DNA from: Antedon mediterranea
Taxonomy: Eukaryota; Animalia; Echinodermata
DNA length: 64,000 nt
Direction of reading: 5' to 3'
Assembly (NCBI RefSeq): GCF_964355755.1
Contig: NC_092678.1
Span: 9,378,422-9,442,421 of the forward strand
The translations under genes and the position numbers were made by a program. The notes under the pieces are model-generated. The model was not told the origin of the DNA and searched no databases. It saw only the letters and a list, made by a program, of their open reading frames with translations. Below, piece by piece: positions 39,856 to 50,137 of the stretch (position 1 is its first letter; each line of letters begins with the position of its first letter).

Positions 39856-39886
39856 TATATATATCGGACCTGATTCAAACGCAGTT
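39856..39886 (+). promoter_or_regulatory. TATA box and initiator-like CAGT upstream of the PC4-AlkB gene
   Basis: TATATATAT at 39856-39864, CAGT 26 nt downstream at 39882, ATG at 39901. A duplicated ACAATTGAC.GGAAAA motif lies at ~39727 and ~39785. Confidence 0.5.
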
Positions 39887-39900
39887 TTAAAGTACCAACG

Positions 39901-41595
39901 ATGACTTCTACCTCCTCGAAGTTATTGGATCCTAGAAAATTTTTCAACGGTCAAACGAACGATTTGAGTAAAGCAGCGAAGCCGTCAACAAGTAAAAAAT
40001 CATTTCACTCTGCCTCAGGAATGAGCGCTAGGGATTATGCCGAAATGACCGGTGGTGAACCAAAGATTACAATAACTTCAACGAATCGGATTTTTCTGTC
40101 TGAAAAACGCCATGTAGTGGCCCAGCGCTGGGGTGAAGTTGTTTATGTATGCCTCAGAGAATTTTATCAAACGGAAGAAAATTGTGCTTTCAAACCTGGA
40201 CCTCTAGGTATTAATTTACCCGTTCTGCTGTGGCAAAAACTTTTTACCAATATTGATTTAATTCTTCAAGTCCTAGACGACTTGCAAAGAGACATTAACT
40301 TGGTGGAGGCAGTAAGAATCCCACTTTCGGACATACTACATGTGGTAGTTAGTAGCTGGAAAGAAGAGCAGTTTGTATGTATTCGCCATTGTTACCAGGC
40401 CGAAGAAGGAGGCGAGTTTAAACCCGGCAAAAAAGGTATAAACCTTCCAAAGAGACAGTGGTACAAGTTAATTGAACAACACGGTGAAATTCAAAAGATG
40501 ATTGAAGAGGTTGATAATGATAATGTGGTTACCGTCGATGGTGGTGGTGACGAAAACGATAACGGAGGACGTTTATTCAATTCAGAGCAACAATTGCTAT
40601 CCCCTGATGGGTTATCTGTGCAAAAGATAACAGGGGAAAATTTAGATTGTGATTACCTTCAACTTCTTGGTAAAGAAACAGCCGATACATTGTTTAAAAA
40701 ATGTGAGGAAGAGATTGACTATTTTACCGGTGATCTTGCAAAGGTGAAAGTGTACGGAAAGTGGTTTAATATTCCTAGAAAACAGGTTAGTTCCATTATT
40801 TTTTTTTATCCGTGGTTTTGTATTAATGACTTGTTAATTACTTGTAGGCCTATATCGTTTCCTTTGTTTTTCTTTATTTACCGCTGGGTAGCTATAGGTG
40901 TAATTTACTCTTTTACTGTAAATGATTTTATTTGGGCGTGTTCATTTACATCTCGCCAAATAAGATTCTTAAATTACTATGTAATGTATGGTTTTCCCCT
41001 CTGCAGGTTTCGTTTGGCGATTCGGGCTTAACTTACAAATATTCAGGCAATACAGTACCAGCTTTACCGTGGCCACCATTCCTGAAAGATCTCCGCAATC
41101 TTTTAAAAACGGTTACAGGACATTATTTCAATTTTGTCTTGGTCAATCGGTAAATATTCTTGTTTATTATTTTGTTTGTTTTAATTCTATTGTGTTATTT
41201 TACTTACATACATCCCCCCTCCCCCAATTGGGTGTTTTTTTTTTAATCTCATGTTAAAATACTTTATTTTCTATTGTATTTTGTCGTTACTCTATAGATA
41301 TGCTACTGGCAGTGATTACATTGGCGAACACAAAGATGATGAAAAAGACATGAATCACTTTAGTCTAATCGCCTCTGTATCATTGGGGCAAACACGTATG
41401 TTTAGATTTCGACATGGTGATGCGCGAGGTAAGAGTCCCAAAAGAATAATTGAGCCAGTAACTGTTGATCTTAAACACGGTACATTATTAATGATGAATT
41501 ATCCCACTAATGAGTACTGGTACCATTCACTGCCTAAAAATCAATCCATCAAGCTACCAAGAATAAATCTTACGTTTAGAGATATTAAAAGATGA
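39901..41595 (+). CDS. Tandem PC4/Sub1 ssDNA-binding domains fused to an ALKBH2-like Fe(II)/2OG dioxygenase; exons 39901-40785, 41007-41149, 41298-41595 (441 aa)
   Basis: PC4 repeats: RHVVAQRWGEVVYVCLREFY...FKPGPLGINL...W and HVVVSSWKEEQFVCIRHCY...FKPGKKGINL...QW. ALKBH2-like part: LDCDY...EEEIDYFTGDLAKVKVYGKW...PRKQ|VSFGDSGLTYKYSG...FNFVLVNR|Y...IGEHKDDE...IASVSLG...GTLLMMNYPTNEYWYHSLP...RINLTFR. GT-AG introns 40786-41006 (phase 0) and 41150-41297 (phase 2) give one 1326-nt frame. Confidence 0.92.
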
Positions 41596-41737
41596 GAGAA
41601 ATTTTACGCAAACATTAGGCCTAACAGTCTTTAATAGTGATTACAGATCTCAAGAACATCAACTGTTCATGATCTGTTATCATATAGTGTAATAGTACCA
41701 GTTAAATTACTTTTGTGATGATATTTCTACAAATGGT

Positions 41738-41942
41738 TGTATTATTGTATTGAAGTTAATTCACTTAGATATAGGGCTAATTCCATTGATCGTTAATAAT
41801 AATGTGATTGTTTGTCATTGTGTGGATAATGATTAACTTTACGAAACAAATAGCTGTATTATTGTATTGAAATTCACTTAGATCTATACCTAATTCCATT
41901 GATCGTTAATATTCATGTGATTGTTTCCCATTGTGTGGATAA
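41738..41942 (+). repeat. Two ~90-bp direct repeats (offset ~117) downstream of the AlkB gene
   Basis: TGTATTATTGTATTGAA...CTAATTCCATTGATCGTTAATA...CATTGTGTGGATAA occurs twice. Confidence 0.85.
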
Positions 41943-43646
41943 AAATTAAATAATCTCTTAAAAGTAAATTGTATTGTATTTCTAATTGTTATAAATATAT
42001 GTAACAGTTTCTTATGTTTTTAACAAGTGTGCAAGTTTTTCTTTAAAGCGTTTTAACCGTTTAGTTAGTAATTTCAAGAGAAACAAGTACTTGAAACGGA
42101 TAAATGACGTCGTAACGTAGGAAACGGACTGGTAGATTAAAAGAAACGTTATAGGCCTAATAACACTAATAATAACAAACATATATTTCGTACATATTCT
42201 AAATATGTGTGATTAATATTATTACAATAAAGACCATGTAGATCTACAGTGGTTTTACTGTAAGTGGTATTGTAAATAAATTTTGAATTCAATGGTGAGA
42301 AATAACAGATGTCTGCGTATTATTTAATATTACTTTTATCATAATTGCAAACACAGGTCGATCATAATTTGAAGGCAGAAAGACGTTTTGGTTGCCAATT
42401 GTATTTTCTTTACACTTAACACATTTTAACAGAAAAACAGAAAAGCTAGACATTCAACCGGACCCCAAACATTGAAATTTGTTTACAAGCAGGTTATTTC
42501 CATTAGCTATTCTAAGGCCTACTTTTTTTTCTACATGTTTATCTTTCGACTATTTTTTAAAAACTTTTTTTATGAATCTTCCGCTGTTTCGTTAGCAATT
42601 TTACAGGCCTGTGTCTTCGCTCTGTAGGCTTAACCTTATAACGACATACCTTTTAACGGTTCTTTTTAAATGTTCTCTTATTGATGGTTACCTATAGCTC
42701 TCTCACATCCCTTAATCTAGCACCATTTTATGAAATATTCCTCAGTAAGGGGTTTATTACTGACGCTAGGTATCATCGACAGGGAATATTAGACAAAACA
42801 TGACGTCACTATTTTTAAAAGGTTTTCTCATTCAAGAACAGCTGACGTCAATGAAGAATACGTTACAACACGATAACTACCGGACAGCAGCAAAAAACAT
42901 CAACCAATCACAAATCTGAGCTACTAGTTAAATAATAAATAAACGAAACAAAGACAAAAGAAAAGGAAATACACCAAACAAATCATTTTCGTCTCGAAGT
43001 TATATTAACGTAAATTTTTCCTTCACAAAATCACAGGAGACGCGTTTAACGTTTCCAATCACATTATTCAACTCATCAGGTGTAATATCTTTACACAAAT
43101 CCTTTATATCTTTACTTTTTTTCTTACCAGCTCATATCAAACATGAATATTACTCTAAAGGATGTATACTCAATGTACGATAACCCCACCCCCCTTTTTT
43201 TTTTTTTTAAAGTCTGCATAGCGGCACGAGAAAACAATTGATAATGGGGATAAAAAGTTTGTCTTACATTGTTATACAGTAACCTGTGTTTTTCTTTGTT
43301 TACACCATCTCATTGTTTATAATTATGTATGTTAATGTCGATAGTGTTTCTCTAGTACAGTTTATTACTTGTTTATACTCGTAAAGTTGGCAGGCCTCCA
43401 TGTTGTTGGTATATTTTGTAAAAATTGTATTTATGTTTACTTTTTAAAAATCGTTTTATTTGCATTTTATCTCCTCCTGGTTAAAATGAGTGTGATGTTG
43501 CTTAAAAAGTTAACAAGTATAACCACTAAAACGGTTCATTACCTGTAGGAAATCATCAACATTGTAACATACTGTAAACAATACAAATTAGTTTCACAAA
43601 TTATTTAAACAATAACACTAACAAATTATTAGAATTTAAGAAAATA

Positions 43647-43925
43647 AAGGTGTACAGATTTAATTTCGATAAAAAAAGTGTACAAAAATAACTTTACAAA
43701 AAATGTACAGAATAAATTAACAACAACAAAAAATCACACATTAAACTGATTCTTATAAAGGTGTACAGTGTACATTGGCCACAGACATTCTTAAAACGAG
43801 GTGTACAGCTTTTATTTAAAAAAAAAGTATACAAAAATAATTTTACAAAAAGTGTATAGAATAAATTTACAAAAAAAGTTCACACATTAAACTAATGCTT
43901 ATAAAAGTGTATAGACCTAGTGTAC
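43647..43925 (+). repeat. Two ~150-bp direct repeats rich in GTGTACA
   Basis: AGGTGTACAG...ACAAAAATAA.TTTACAAAAA...GAATAAATT...CACACATTAAACT at ~43648 and ~43799. Confidence 0.8.
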
Positions 43926-44603
43926 ATGTCGATGTGTACATGTAACGTGGCATTACCATTAAGAAACAAATACAAACCAAACACTTAACAGCTAAAACAG
44001 CATAGCGATCGTTTTCGTACGTAAAACAATACCTCTAGCAGGTATATCAACTTTAGTATTTTAAGTATAGGGCCTACACGTGACAAACACACACACACCC
44101 TCTTGAATTGTAGGTACAGGCCTTTTGCCGTTCGTAATTCAAACTGTTCGGAAAATTGAAGTTAATATTCTGAGATTAGGCCTATAGTCTATGATTGCAT
44201 TCTGCCTTCCCTCTCAGGAGCTTAGACTTATCAACGGTCTAAAAGAGCTGTAATGCAGGATGCGAAACATAAAAGTTTATTAATAAACAGTATATTATAA
44301 CGATAAAGAAACGAATGTATGATACACCAATATAACAGTACAATAACTGATTAACTGAAGACTTGAAGTCTACTGTATTCCTACAATCATTCAAGTAGAC
44401 ATTGTTTGTTGAGTGTATGATACTTTCTCCAAAGAGAATTCGAACGATGTGTTTTTTCGGACGTGTTTCTACGGTTATGTCGATAATAATTTAAAAAAAT
44501 AAAAACAAAAACAAAACAAAAAACGAACAGCCTACTAACTTCCAAAAAATCAATACCTAAATAAGCTGAACCTAACCCACTAATTACTAATCTCTTCCAT
44601 ACA

Positions 44604-44810
44604 TCAAAATCGGCCGAAAATGATCTGAACATTGAAAAGTGGACACGGTCGTCTGTTCTTCTTTTCTGTTTCCACGGCTTGTGACATCCTCGTTGGTGAT
44701 AAAGTCGTGCGGTTTACACACTTATGATGACCACATCGCATAACATGTTCAGGGAACTTATTTTTCAACTCTCTGATACAATGTTTAAATACAAGTGGAC
44801 TGGAAACCAT
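44604..44810 (-). pseudogene. Degenerate C3HC4 RING-finger-like ORF (68 aa)
   Basis: F-x2-C-x14-CGH-x2-C-x2-R-x21-CP-x-F has RING spacing. The three missing cysteines are TTT, CGC and TTC, each one substitution from TGY. Confidence 0.45.
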
Positions 44811-44831
44811 TTAGGAATAGGGTTTTCTAAT

Positions 44832-45430
44832 AATAAAAGTTGTGTAAAACTTTAGTTATGGTCAAGAGGAATTGGTCAAGACTTGGAGTAAATGGTCAAA
44901 GCCGGTGGCAAATGGTCAAGACCGAGAGAAAAATTAATGTACACCATTTTATAAGTTTATAGTCAATTATTGTGTTAACATTCATTTATGAATAAATCTG
45001 TATATGTATTCAATAATAAAAAAAAGAATAACTTTCTTATGCTTAATATCATGAATAACATATCTTTAGTGGTTAAGGTAATATATTATTTCTCTGTATA
45101 CTGCCGTCACACATATAGATAAAGAGAGACTGTCCATTAATAAAAGTTGTGTAAAACTTTAGTTATGGTCAAGGGGATTGGTCAAGACTTGAAGTAAATG
45201 GTCGAGACTTGGAGTAAATGGTCGAGACCGGGGGAAAATGGTCAAGACAGGGAGAAAATGGTCAAGACAGGGAGAAAAATTAATGTATACAATTTTATAA
45301 GTTTATAGTCACTTATTGTGTTAAATTTCATTTATGATTAAACCTGTATACGTATTCAATAATAAAAAATTAATTTTCCTTCACTTAATATCATGAATAA
45401 TATATCTTTAGTGGTTAAGGTATTATATTA
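44832..45430 (+). repeat. ~300-bp tandem duplication containing a ~20-bp ATGGTCAAGAC minisatellite
   Basis: AATAAAAGTTGTGTAAAACTTTAGTTATGGTCAAG at 44832 and 45139; the second copy has more internal units. Confidence 0.88.
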
Positions 45431-45955
45431 TTTTTTATTTTATTTTATTCAATCAAAACCAACAGCGATAAATACCGCCACTAACAGGTTTGAAACATAA
45501 AACAATACAACAGCAAAAACGGTTAACAATAAAATACAGATAAAATATATATATATATATAAAAAACATAGATTGGCATGCCATAAAAAATTTCAATTAA
45601 AACAGGTTATGCAGACTGTTCAAGAAGTGAACACATCATCGTCCTCTTAAAATAACCAAGTCTATCATTAAAAATATCGATATGATTGCTATTTAGATTA
45701 TTAAATGTATAAGGTAGTCTATGAAAAAGTCCCCTCTTAGTACAGTCGACACGGCTAAAAGGAATATGCAATAAATGTCTATTTCGTGTACGACCAGGAA
45801 CATTTAAACTAAATAGTGAAATTAATGAACAGTCATATTTAGAATTTAAAATATTATATAAAAAAACCATATCAGATATCGTTCGACGATTGCTGACAGA
45901 ATCAATGGAAAAGGCAAAATTAACACAGTTATAAGACAGGAATCGATTATTGACA
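45431..45955 (-). mobile_element. LINE 3' end fragment (CR1-like ORF2 C-terminus, 3' UTR and A-rich tail)
   Basis: RRTISDMVFLYNILNSKYDC...FSLNVPGRTRNRHLLHIP...RLPYTFN is typical of ORF2 tails. (TAAAA)n tail at 45431-45449. Confidence 0.78.
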
Positions 45956-47503
45956 TTAATTAATTTGATTAATGACAGGCGTTTGTTTGGGTTTGGGTTT
46001 ATGTAGGTCAGGTATATTTATTCCCATTTTCTTGGCGTATGACCTTGTTACTGGTCTGCAAGTAGATGTGTTTGTAATCGGGTTAAGAGATTCAGTCTCT
46101 GTAATATTAAATGCAATGGGTACAACTTGATCAATTTCGGAATCGTCGTCACGAGGGGCTCGGGAGAGAAAATCTGCTAAAACTAATTCAGTTCCTTTCT
46201 TATAACCAATTTGGAAAATGTATCCGGACAATCGTAATATTAGTTTCTGTAAACGGGGTGTACATGGCTGATCTCTTGAATTCCAAATTTGTACAATTGC
46301 TGAGTGGTCTACGAATGCATCAAATTCGCAACCCTTTAGTAAATGTCGAAATGCTGAAACGTTAATGTAAAGTCCAAATAACTCTAATTCTGTGACGCTA
46401 TATCGTTGACAGGCTTGTGGTAAGATTTTGGAATAATAACCTATTATGTGTTCTTTACCGTTTACTGTTTGTGTTAAATATGAACCTGTTGCGGTTCTTG
46501 AAGTGTCGCTATATAGCGTAAATCTACTTTCTTTTCTAGGCATTTGAAGAGTTGGTGGTTTAACCATTAAGTGTTTAATTTCGTCAAATGCTTTCAGGTG
46601 TTCAGTAGACCAAACACATTTTCGGCGTTTACTTGCGAGTGTGTGTAACGGACGTAAAATTGATTGTATTTGAGGGAAAAAATGGGATACATAATTTACT
46701 GCACCAATAAATCGTTTAGTTTCTTTATGGGTTCGTGGGACTGGCAAATTTCGGATAGCTGCACACCTGTCGCCTAATGGTGTGATACATGCGTGTCCTG
46801 AAGAATTAATCAGGATGGTGTGTCCCATATATTGCACTTTATTCTTGAATAACTTACATTTCTTTGGACAAATTCTAAAACCATTTAATTGTAGGGCTAG
46901 TAAAACGGAAACGAGGTGCTGCTTATGAGCGAATTTGTCTTGGCTAAATAAAATAATATCATCATGATGGGCGATACAGAATTCTCTAGAATTTGGGATT
47001 TCATTTAAAATTTCGTCAATCTTTGCTTGAAATATACCTGGCGAAACGTTTAATCCTTGTGCTAATCTCTTATAATAATAATGCTTTCCACCATGATATG
47101 AAGCTATACCTGTGTATTGTTGGGCATGTTTGGCTAATGGTACACAGTGGAACGCTGATTTCAAATCAATTACGCTAAGAATCTGTGCATTAGCGTTACC
47201 TATTGTTTTCAAAGTTTCGGCCAATAATGGGAATGGGTGATTAATACGTTTTATCCTGGAATTTAGATAGCGAAAGTCTGTGACAACTCTTTTATCTTTT
47301 GAATTTTTCTTTGAAACAAGAAGGACAGGGGAAGTATACGATTGGTGTCCTACTGCTAAGATTCCTAGTTTGACTAATTTGTTCAATTCGGCCTCAATAA
47401 CATGTTTGTCTTTGTCTGTCGCGAAGTATGTCGAATAAAAATGGTTCATCGTTAGAGAGGTGTATGTCAGCTTTGAAGTTTGGGCAGCTAGATAGTTCAC
47501 CAT
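45956..47503 (-). pseudogene. pol: Gypsy pol RT and RNase H segment
   Basis: SPVLLVSKK, RVVTDFRYLN, IDLKSAF, RLAQGL..SP, HHDD, YMGH, LYSDTS, YSVTELE, VDH, LADFLSR. Out of frame with the protease segment near 47430-47445. Confidence 0.92.
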
Positions 47504-48452
47504 AAAGTGAAAATGCGTTTCTGTTTTGTTGTAAGGTTTTATACAAATCTTCTTTTTCTCTATGTGTTAAAACGCTGTCTGTTAAATCAACTTGTTTTCT
47601 GATTATTTCTTCCTCGGTTAAAGATAGCAATGGGTCTGTACGTTCTAAATGTGGGTACTTGTTTGCGTTGTCATTGGTCAACTTTATTCTATCAATTGGT
47701 AGGTCGTTAGTAACTGTTACAAGGTTGGTTAAGTGAAGGCTCGCGATAGGTTGATGTGTATTTAGAGATACGTTTCTGTTTGTGTTGTTAGTGATATCAA
47801 TGTTGGTTTCTCCTCTATGTAATTTTACTAACATATCTGATGGACAAAGTTTTGAAATATGGGTGGTTGCATGTAGAACAACATCAGAATTGCGTACAAA
47901 GTCGGGAACCCTTCCTTTTAATTTAACTGTTTTAGTATCACCGGGTTTAAGAAAAATCTTGTAGACAGGACGAAAGCTAAAAATCTTTGGTCTAATGCGA
48001 AATGTGTTTTCCTTAAAATTTAAAGTACCGTCGAGTTCAGACAATGTTTCGGTTCCAAGTATCAGGTCAATACCTGTCAAATTTTTAACGATTAATGCTG
48101 AAATTTTAAATTTGTGTCCTTGGATAAATAATTCGAATTGCACTAAGTGGTTGGCATATAAGAAGTCACCGTTACCTAATCGAAATTTAGTTGTGTTCAC
48201 TTTAACTGGCTTTAAACGCGATAAATAAAGTGAGGAATTAACGTACGATTGTGAGATTATAGTTCTAGTTGAACCACTGTCAAATAAAGTTAAAACATTT
48301 CTACCATCTGGTAAATTTCCTTTAACGTAATTTCTGTCGTTAAGTAACAAATCAATATTATCTGAATTCCCTAAGTATTTTGCCTTAAAATTGTCGTATT
48401 TAGTATGGGGGGCCAGATTATAGGCGGCATCTAGTCCCCTTTTTAAAAATCC
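47394..48452 (-). pseudogene. pol: Gypsy pol aspartic protease segment
   Basis: LFDSGS catalytic motif and DLILG. The frame stays open upstream to the gag stop in the -1 frame. Confidence 0.88.
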
Positions 48453-49402
48453 TGCTGGTGGCTAGGGTAATAATTGTTTGACTGTTGGTATGGGTATGGC
48501 GGGGGATAATTTCCGTAAGAGCGGTTTTGTTGTCGGCAGTGCCTTGCTATGTGGCCTGGTTTCCCGCAGTAATAACAGGTTGGGGGAGGTTGTCTATATC
48601 TTGGGGTCGGTGGGGTCTGGAATCGGGGTTTGTAGGGGCTTGGGCTTCGGTTTCGTCTTGGGGTATAATTTCGGGTGGGGGAACGTGAGCGTCGAGTATC
48701 ATCATTAAGGGATCCTTTTGTTGTGGCTATATCTAACTTAAGAGAATTTATCTCATGTTGGAGCGATTCGAGACTATTATCTGTTTCCTTATTGATGTTG
48801 AATGAAACTTCCCGTGTGGAATCATCTATGGAAAGGTCAAGGTAATTTTGTGTGCTATTTACGATATTGTCAATAGTGGCATCGATTGGGGTGGACATGG
48901 CTACAGCTGCTCTACATTTTGGTGGAAGGGTCGAAATAAATTTATTCTTTATCTGCTGGTCAGCGTATCCAATTCTGTCTGCGGCTTGTTTGATTTTGGT
49001 TAAGTGTTTTTCGGCGTTGTCGCCAGTGGTGTAAGTAATTGAATCGTATTCTCTTATGTGCGCATAGATTGATTTGTTTTTACTAAAAATGTTGATGAAT
49101 TGGGTTTTTAAAGATTCCAGTGAATCGAACTGCTTTCCCTCAATCCAGAGTCTAGCTTGGCCCTGAAGGCTACGTTTAAAAATACTTATTACATTAATTA
49201 ATTGGGCATTGTTTACAGGGTTTTCTAAAGTGTGGGCCTCAAGGTAGTCGGTAAACGATAAGTAATGTGCACTACATTGGTCGTGATCGGTTATGGAACT
49301 GTCATATCTTTTGGGAAGGAAATCGGTTTGTCTTAGGTGGGGCACGGGGTGAGGATTGACGGGCTCATTTAAAATTACTTCGTTATCAACAACGTCGACC
49401 AT
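48443..49402 (-). CDS. gag: Gypsy Gag with CCHC zinc knuckle (319 aa)
   Basis: SLQGQARLW and LKTQF capsid-like motifs, RSxSP-rich linker, CYYCGKPGHIARHC. Confidence 0.92.
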   Translation of the reverse strand: MVDVVDNEVILNEPVNPHPVPHLRQTDFLPKRYDSSITDHDQCSAHYLSFTDYLEAHTLENPVNNAQLINVISIFKRSLQGQARLWIEGKQFDSLESLKTQFINIFSKNKSIYAHIREYDSITYTTGDNAEKHLTKIKQAADRIGYADQQIKNKFISTLPPKCRAAVAMSTPIDATIDNIVNSTQNYLDLSIDDSTREVSFNINKETDNSLESLQHEINSLKLDIATTKGSLNDDTRRSRSPTRNYTPRRNRSPSPYKPRFQTPPTPRYRQPPPTCYYCGKPGHIARHCRQQNRSYGNYPPPYPYQQSNNYYPSHQQDF

Positions 49403-49796
49403 ACTTTATAATATTAGTTAATCAAAATATCAAAAACAATTTAGTGTATATATATGTAAACTCTCACTTTTCAATCAAGGTTACAAATCAAAAATCAAAA
49501 TGGTTTTGACTTACCCCAAATGCTTCGGATCCAATTAAAAATGAATTAAAGGAATGCAAAAAGTGTTCAAAAATGTTTAAATGTTCAAACAATGAATTAA
49601 AAAAATGTTAAAAGTGTTCATCAATGTTCAAATTTTCAAACAACGAATTAAAAAAAATGCGAAAGGTGTTCATCAATGTTCAAAATGGTCAAAAAAGTAA
49701 ATGTTAAAAAAAACGATCGAAAAAAAACGGCGTGAAGTTGAAAGTGTCCAAACGAAACAGTTCTTGTCCGCTTGCTTCTGTTTTGATTCTGCTTGG

Positions 49797-50000
49797 GTCT
49801 TCCTCGATTATCTTCTTTGTCTTTATCCAATGGTTATAATTTGATAAAATTTCTGCTTGTCTCGATGTCATTCAAATATAATTTCAGCTTGTCTTTTGTG
49901 TCTTCCTCGACTATCTTCTTTGTCTTCATCCAATGGTAATAATTTGATAAAATTTCTGCTTGTCTCGATCTCATTCAAATATAATTTCAGCTTGTCTTTT
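49797..50000 (-). repeat. ~102-bp tandem direct repeat in the gypsy 5' UTR
   Basis: TCTTCCTCGA.TATCTTCTTTGTCTT.ATCCAATGGT...CAGCTTGTCTTTT occurs twice. Confidence 0.88.
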
Positions 50001-50119
50001 GAGTCAAAGTAAATTTCTGGTTTTCTCCTTTCAAACAAATATGGTTATTTTTGTCTTCGTCTTCGTCTTCGTGTCTTGTTAAGTGTTTATTTCTTGTTTT
50101 CTCACTCTGTTCCTTATGA

Positions 50120-50137
50120 AATTTGGGTCTTCCACCA
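50120..50137 (-). promoter_or_regulatory. Primer-binding site (TGGTGGAAGACC...)
   Basis: TGG immediately follows the LTR terminal CA; the tRNA cannot be identified. Confidence 0.7.

Larger units (their letters stand above)
38591..45430 (+). mobile_element. Putative terminal segment of a Maverick/Polinton-like large DNA element with cargo genes
   Basis: The satellite motif TAACTAGTTA|CTATGGC is cut after TAGTTA and continues AGTAGTATATGG (AGTAGT is a typical Polinton terminus). ~100-bp subterminal tandem repeats follow, then closely spaced genes. No pPolB, integrase, capsid or second TIR is visible in the window. Confidence 0.45.

Noticed and set aside
39901-39945. Possible PCNA-binding motif (LLDPRKFF) at the fusion protein N-terminus
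   Set aside because: It lacks the Gln and correctly spaced aliphatic residue of a canonical PIP box.
40786-41297. ORF-track C-terminus of 39901..41031, ORF 40988..41257 and the N-termini of 40932 and 41251
   Set aside because: Intron read-through; ALKBH2 similarity stops and resumes exactly at the GT and AG sites.
43003-43132. Minus-strand ~43-codon frame GKKKSKDIKDLCKDITPDELNNVIGNVKRVSCDFVKEKFTLI
   Set aside because: Protein-like but has no start or clear acceptor and no recognisable motif.
49505-49520. Splice-donor-like GGGTAAGT in the gypsy 5' UTR suggesting an env transcript
   Set aside because: The 3' half of the element is missing, so no acceptor or env can be shown.
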